From Gammaproteobacteria bacterium (GTDB lineage: Bacteria > Pseudomonadota > Gammaproteobacteria > CBDBNL01 > JAAOII01): 64,000 nucleotides of DNA. Under the pieces are notes generated by a model that saw only the letters and a program-made list of their open reading frames with translations, made no database searches and was not told the DNA's origin. Each line of letters opens with the position of its first letter. Within the stretch, counting starts at the first letter, position 1. Positions 63,405-64,000 of the stretch are shown here, in pieces. The stretch spans positions 928,001-992,000 of the forward strand of contig OZ242372.1 of the NCBI GenBank assembly GCA_965209035.1, given 5' to 3'. Both the position numbers and the translations under genes were made by a program.

Positions 63405-64000
63405 ATGCCGACAGATCCACAAACAAACGAACATACCCCCGTTATCAGAGTGCAGGGAGTGCATGTTTACTACGGCGAAGCCTGCGCCTTAAAAAATATC
63501 TCCATGGACATCGGCGAAAAGAGAGTCACCGCCTTCATAGGGCCGTCCGGTTGCGGCAAGTCCACTCTGTTACGATGCTTCAACCGAATGAATGACATGA
63601 TCCCCGACTTTCGCGTGGAAGGGACTATTTTACTCAACGAAGACAACATCTATGATCGGGAAACGAACCCCGCCGAGCTGCGCCGCAAGGTGGGCATGGT
63701 ATTCCAGAAACCCAACCCCTTTCCGAAGAGTGTTTACGAAAATGTCGCCTTCGGTCTGCGGATTGGCGGAATGAAAAATAAGAAAAAGATCGCCGAGATC
63801 GTCGAGAAATCCTTGCGCGAATCGGCTCTTTGGGATGAAGTCAAAGACCGGCTCAACGAAAATGCCTTGTCCCTGTCCGGCGGGCAGCAACAGCGTTTGG
63901 TGATCGCCCGGGCAATTGCGGTGCAACCGGAAGTCTTACTGTTGGACGAGCCGGCATCCGCCTTGGATCCCATATCCACGCTAAAAATAGAAGAACTGAT
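63405..64000 (+). CDS. pstB: Phosphate ABC ATPase PstB (truncated by window end)
   Basis: My translation from ATG 63405 gives [45 protein letters not shown] and [11 protein letters not shown]. Confidence 0.95.
   Translation, partial: MPTDPQTNEHTPVIRVQGVHVYYGEACALKNISMDIGEKRVTAFIGPSGCGKSTLLRCFNRMNDMIPDFRVEGTILLNEDNIYDRETNPAELRRKVGMVFQKPNPFPKSVYENVAFGLRIGGMKNKKKIAEIVEKSLRESALWDEVKDRLNENALSLSGGQQQRLVIARAIAVQPEVLLLDEPASALDPISTLKIEEL

Overview
Chromosomal window from a bacterium that looks like a Gammaproteobacterium or close relative (sspA, long-type pstC, nagZ, xseA); host association is possible but is only inferred from the surface-protein expansion. In order it holds: the 5' end of an unlinked 23S rRNA with a helix-9 intervening sequence; a polyol ABC operon with two tandem SDRs; an IS481-like element with a 5-bp target duplication; queA flanked by two paralogous membrane proteins; an AT-rich defence island (DUF262-DUF1524 nuclease plus two tandem Type III R-M systems, one res frameshifted); repair genes; tRNA-fMet; a 10-unit ~108-bp tandem array covering the start of a ~1,340-aa Ca-binding/GLUG lipoprotein; sspA, radA, pdxH and nagZ; six tandem mosaic lipoprotein paralogs with hypervariable GLUG repeats and a conserved CxxC leader; ilvD; an IrrE/ImmA plus orphan methyltransferase islet; and pstCAB. 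The best candidate for a novel system is the diversifying surface-lipoprotein repertoire together with its amplified upstream repeat. Local duplication is visible throughout the window. All calls come from reading motifs by eye; no searches were run.
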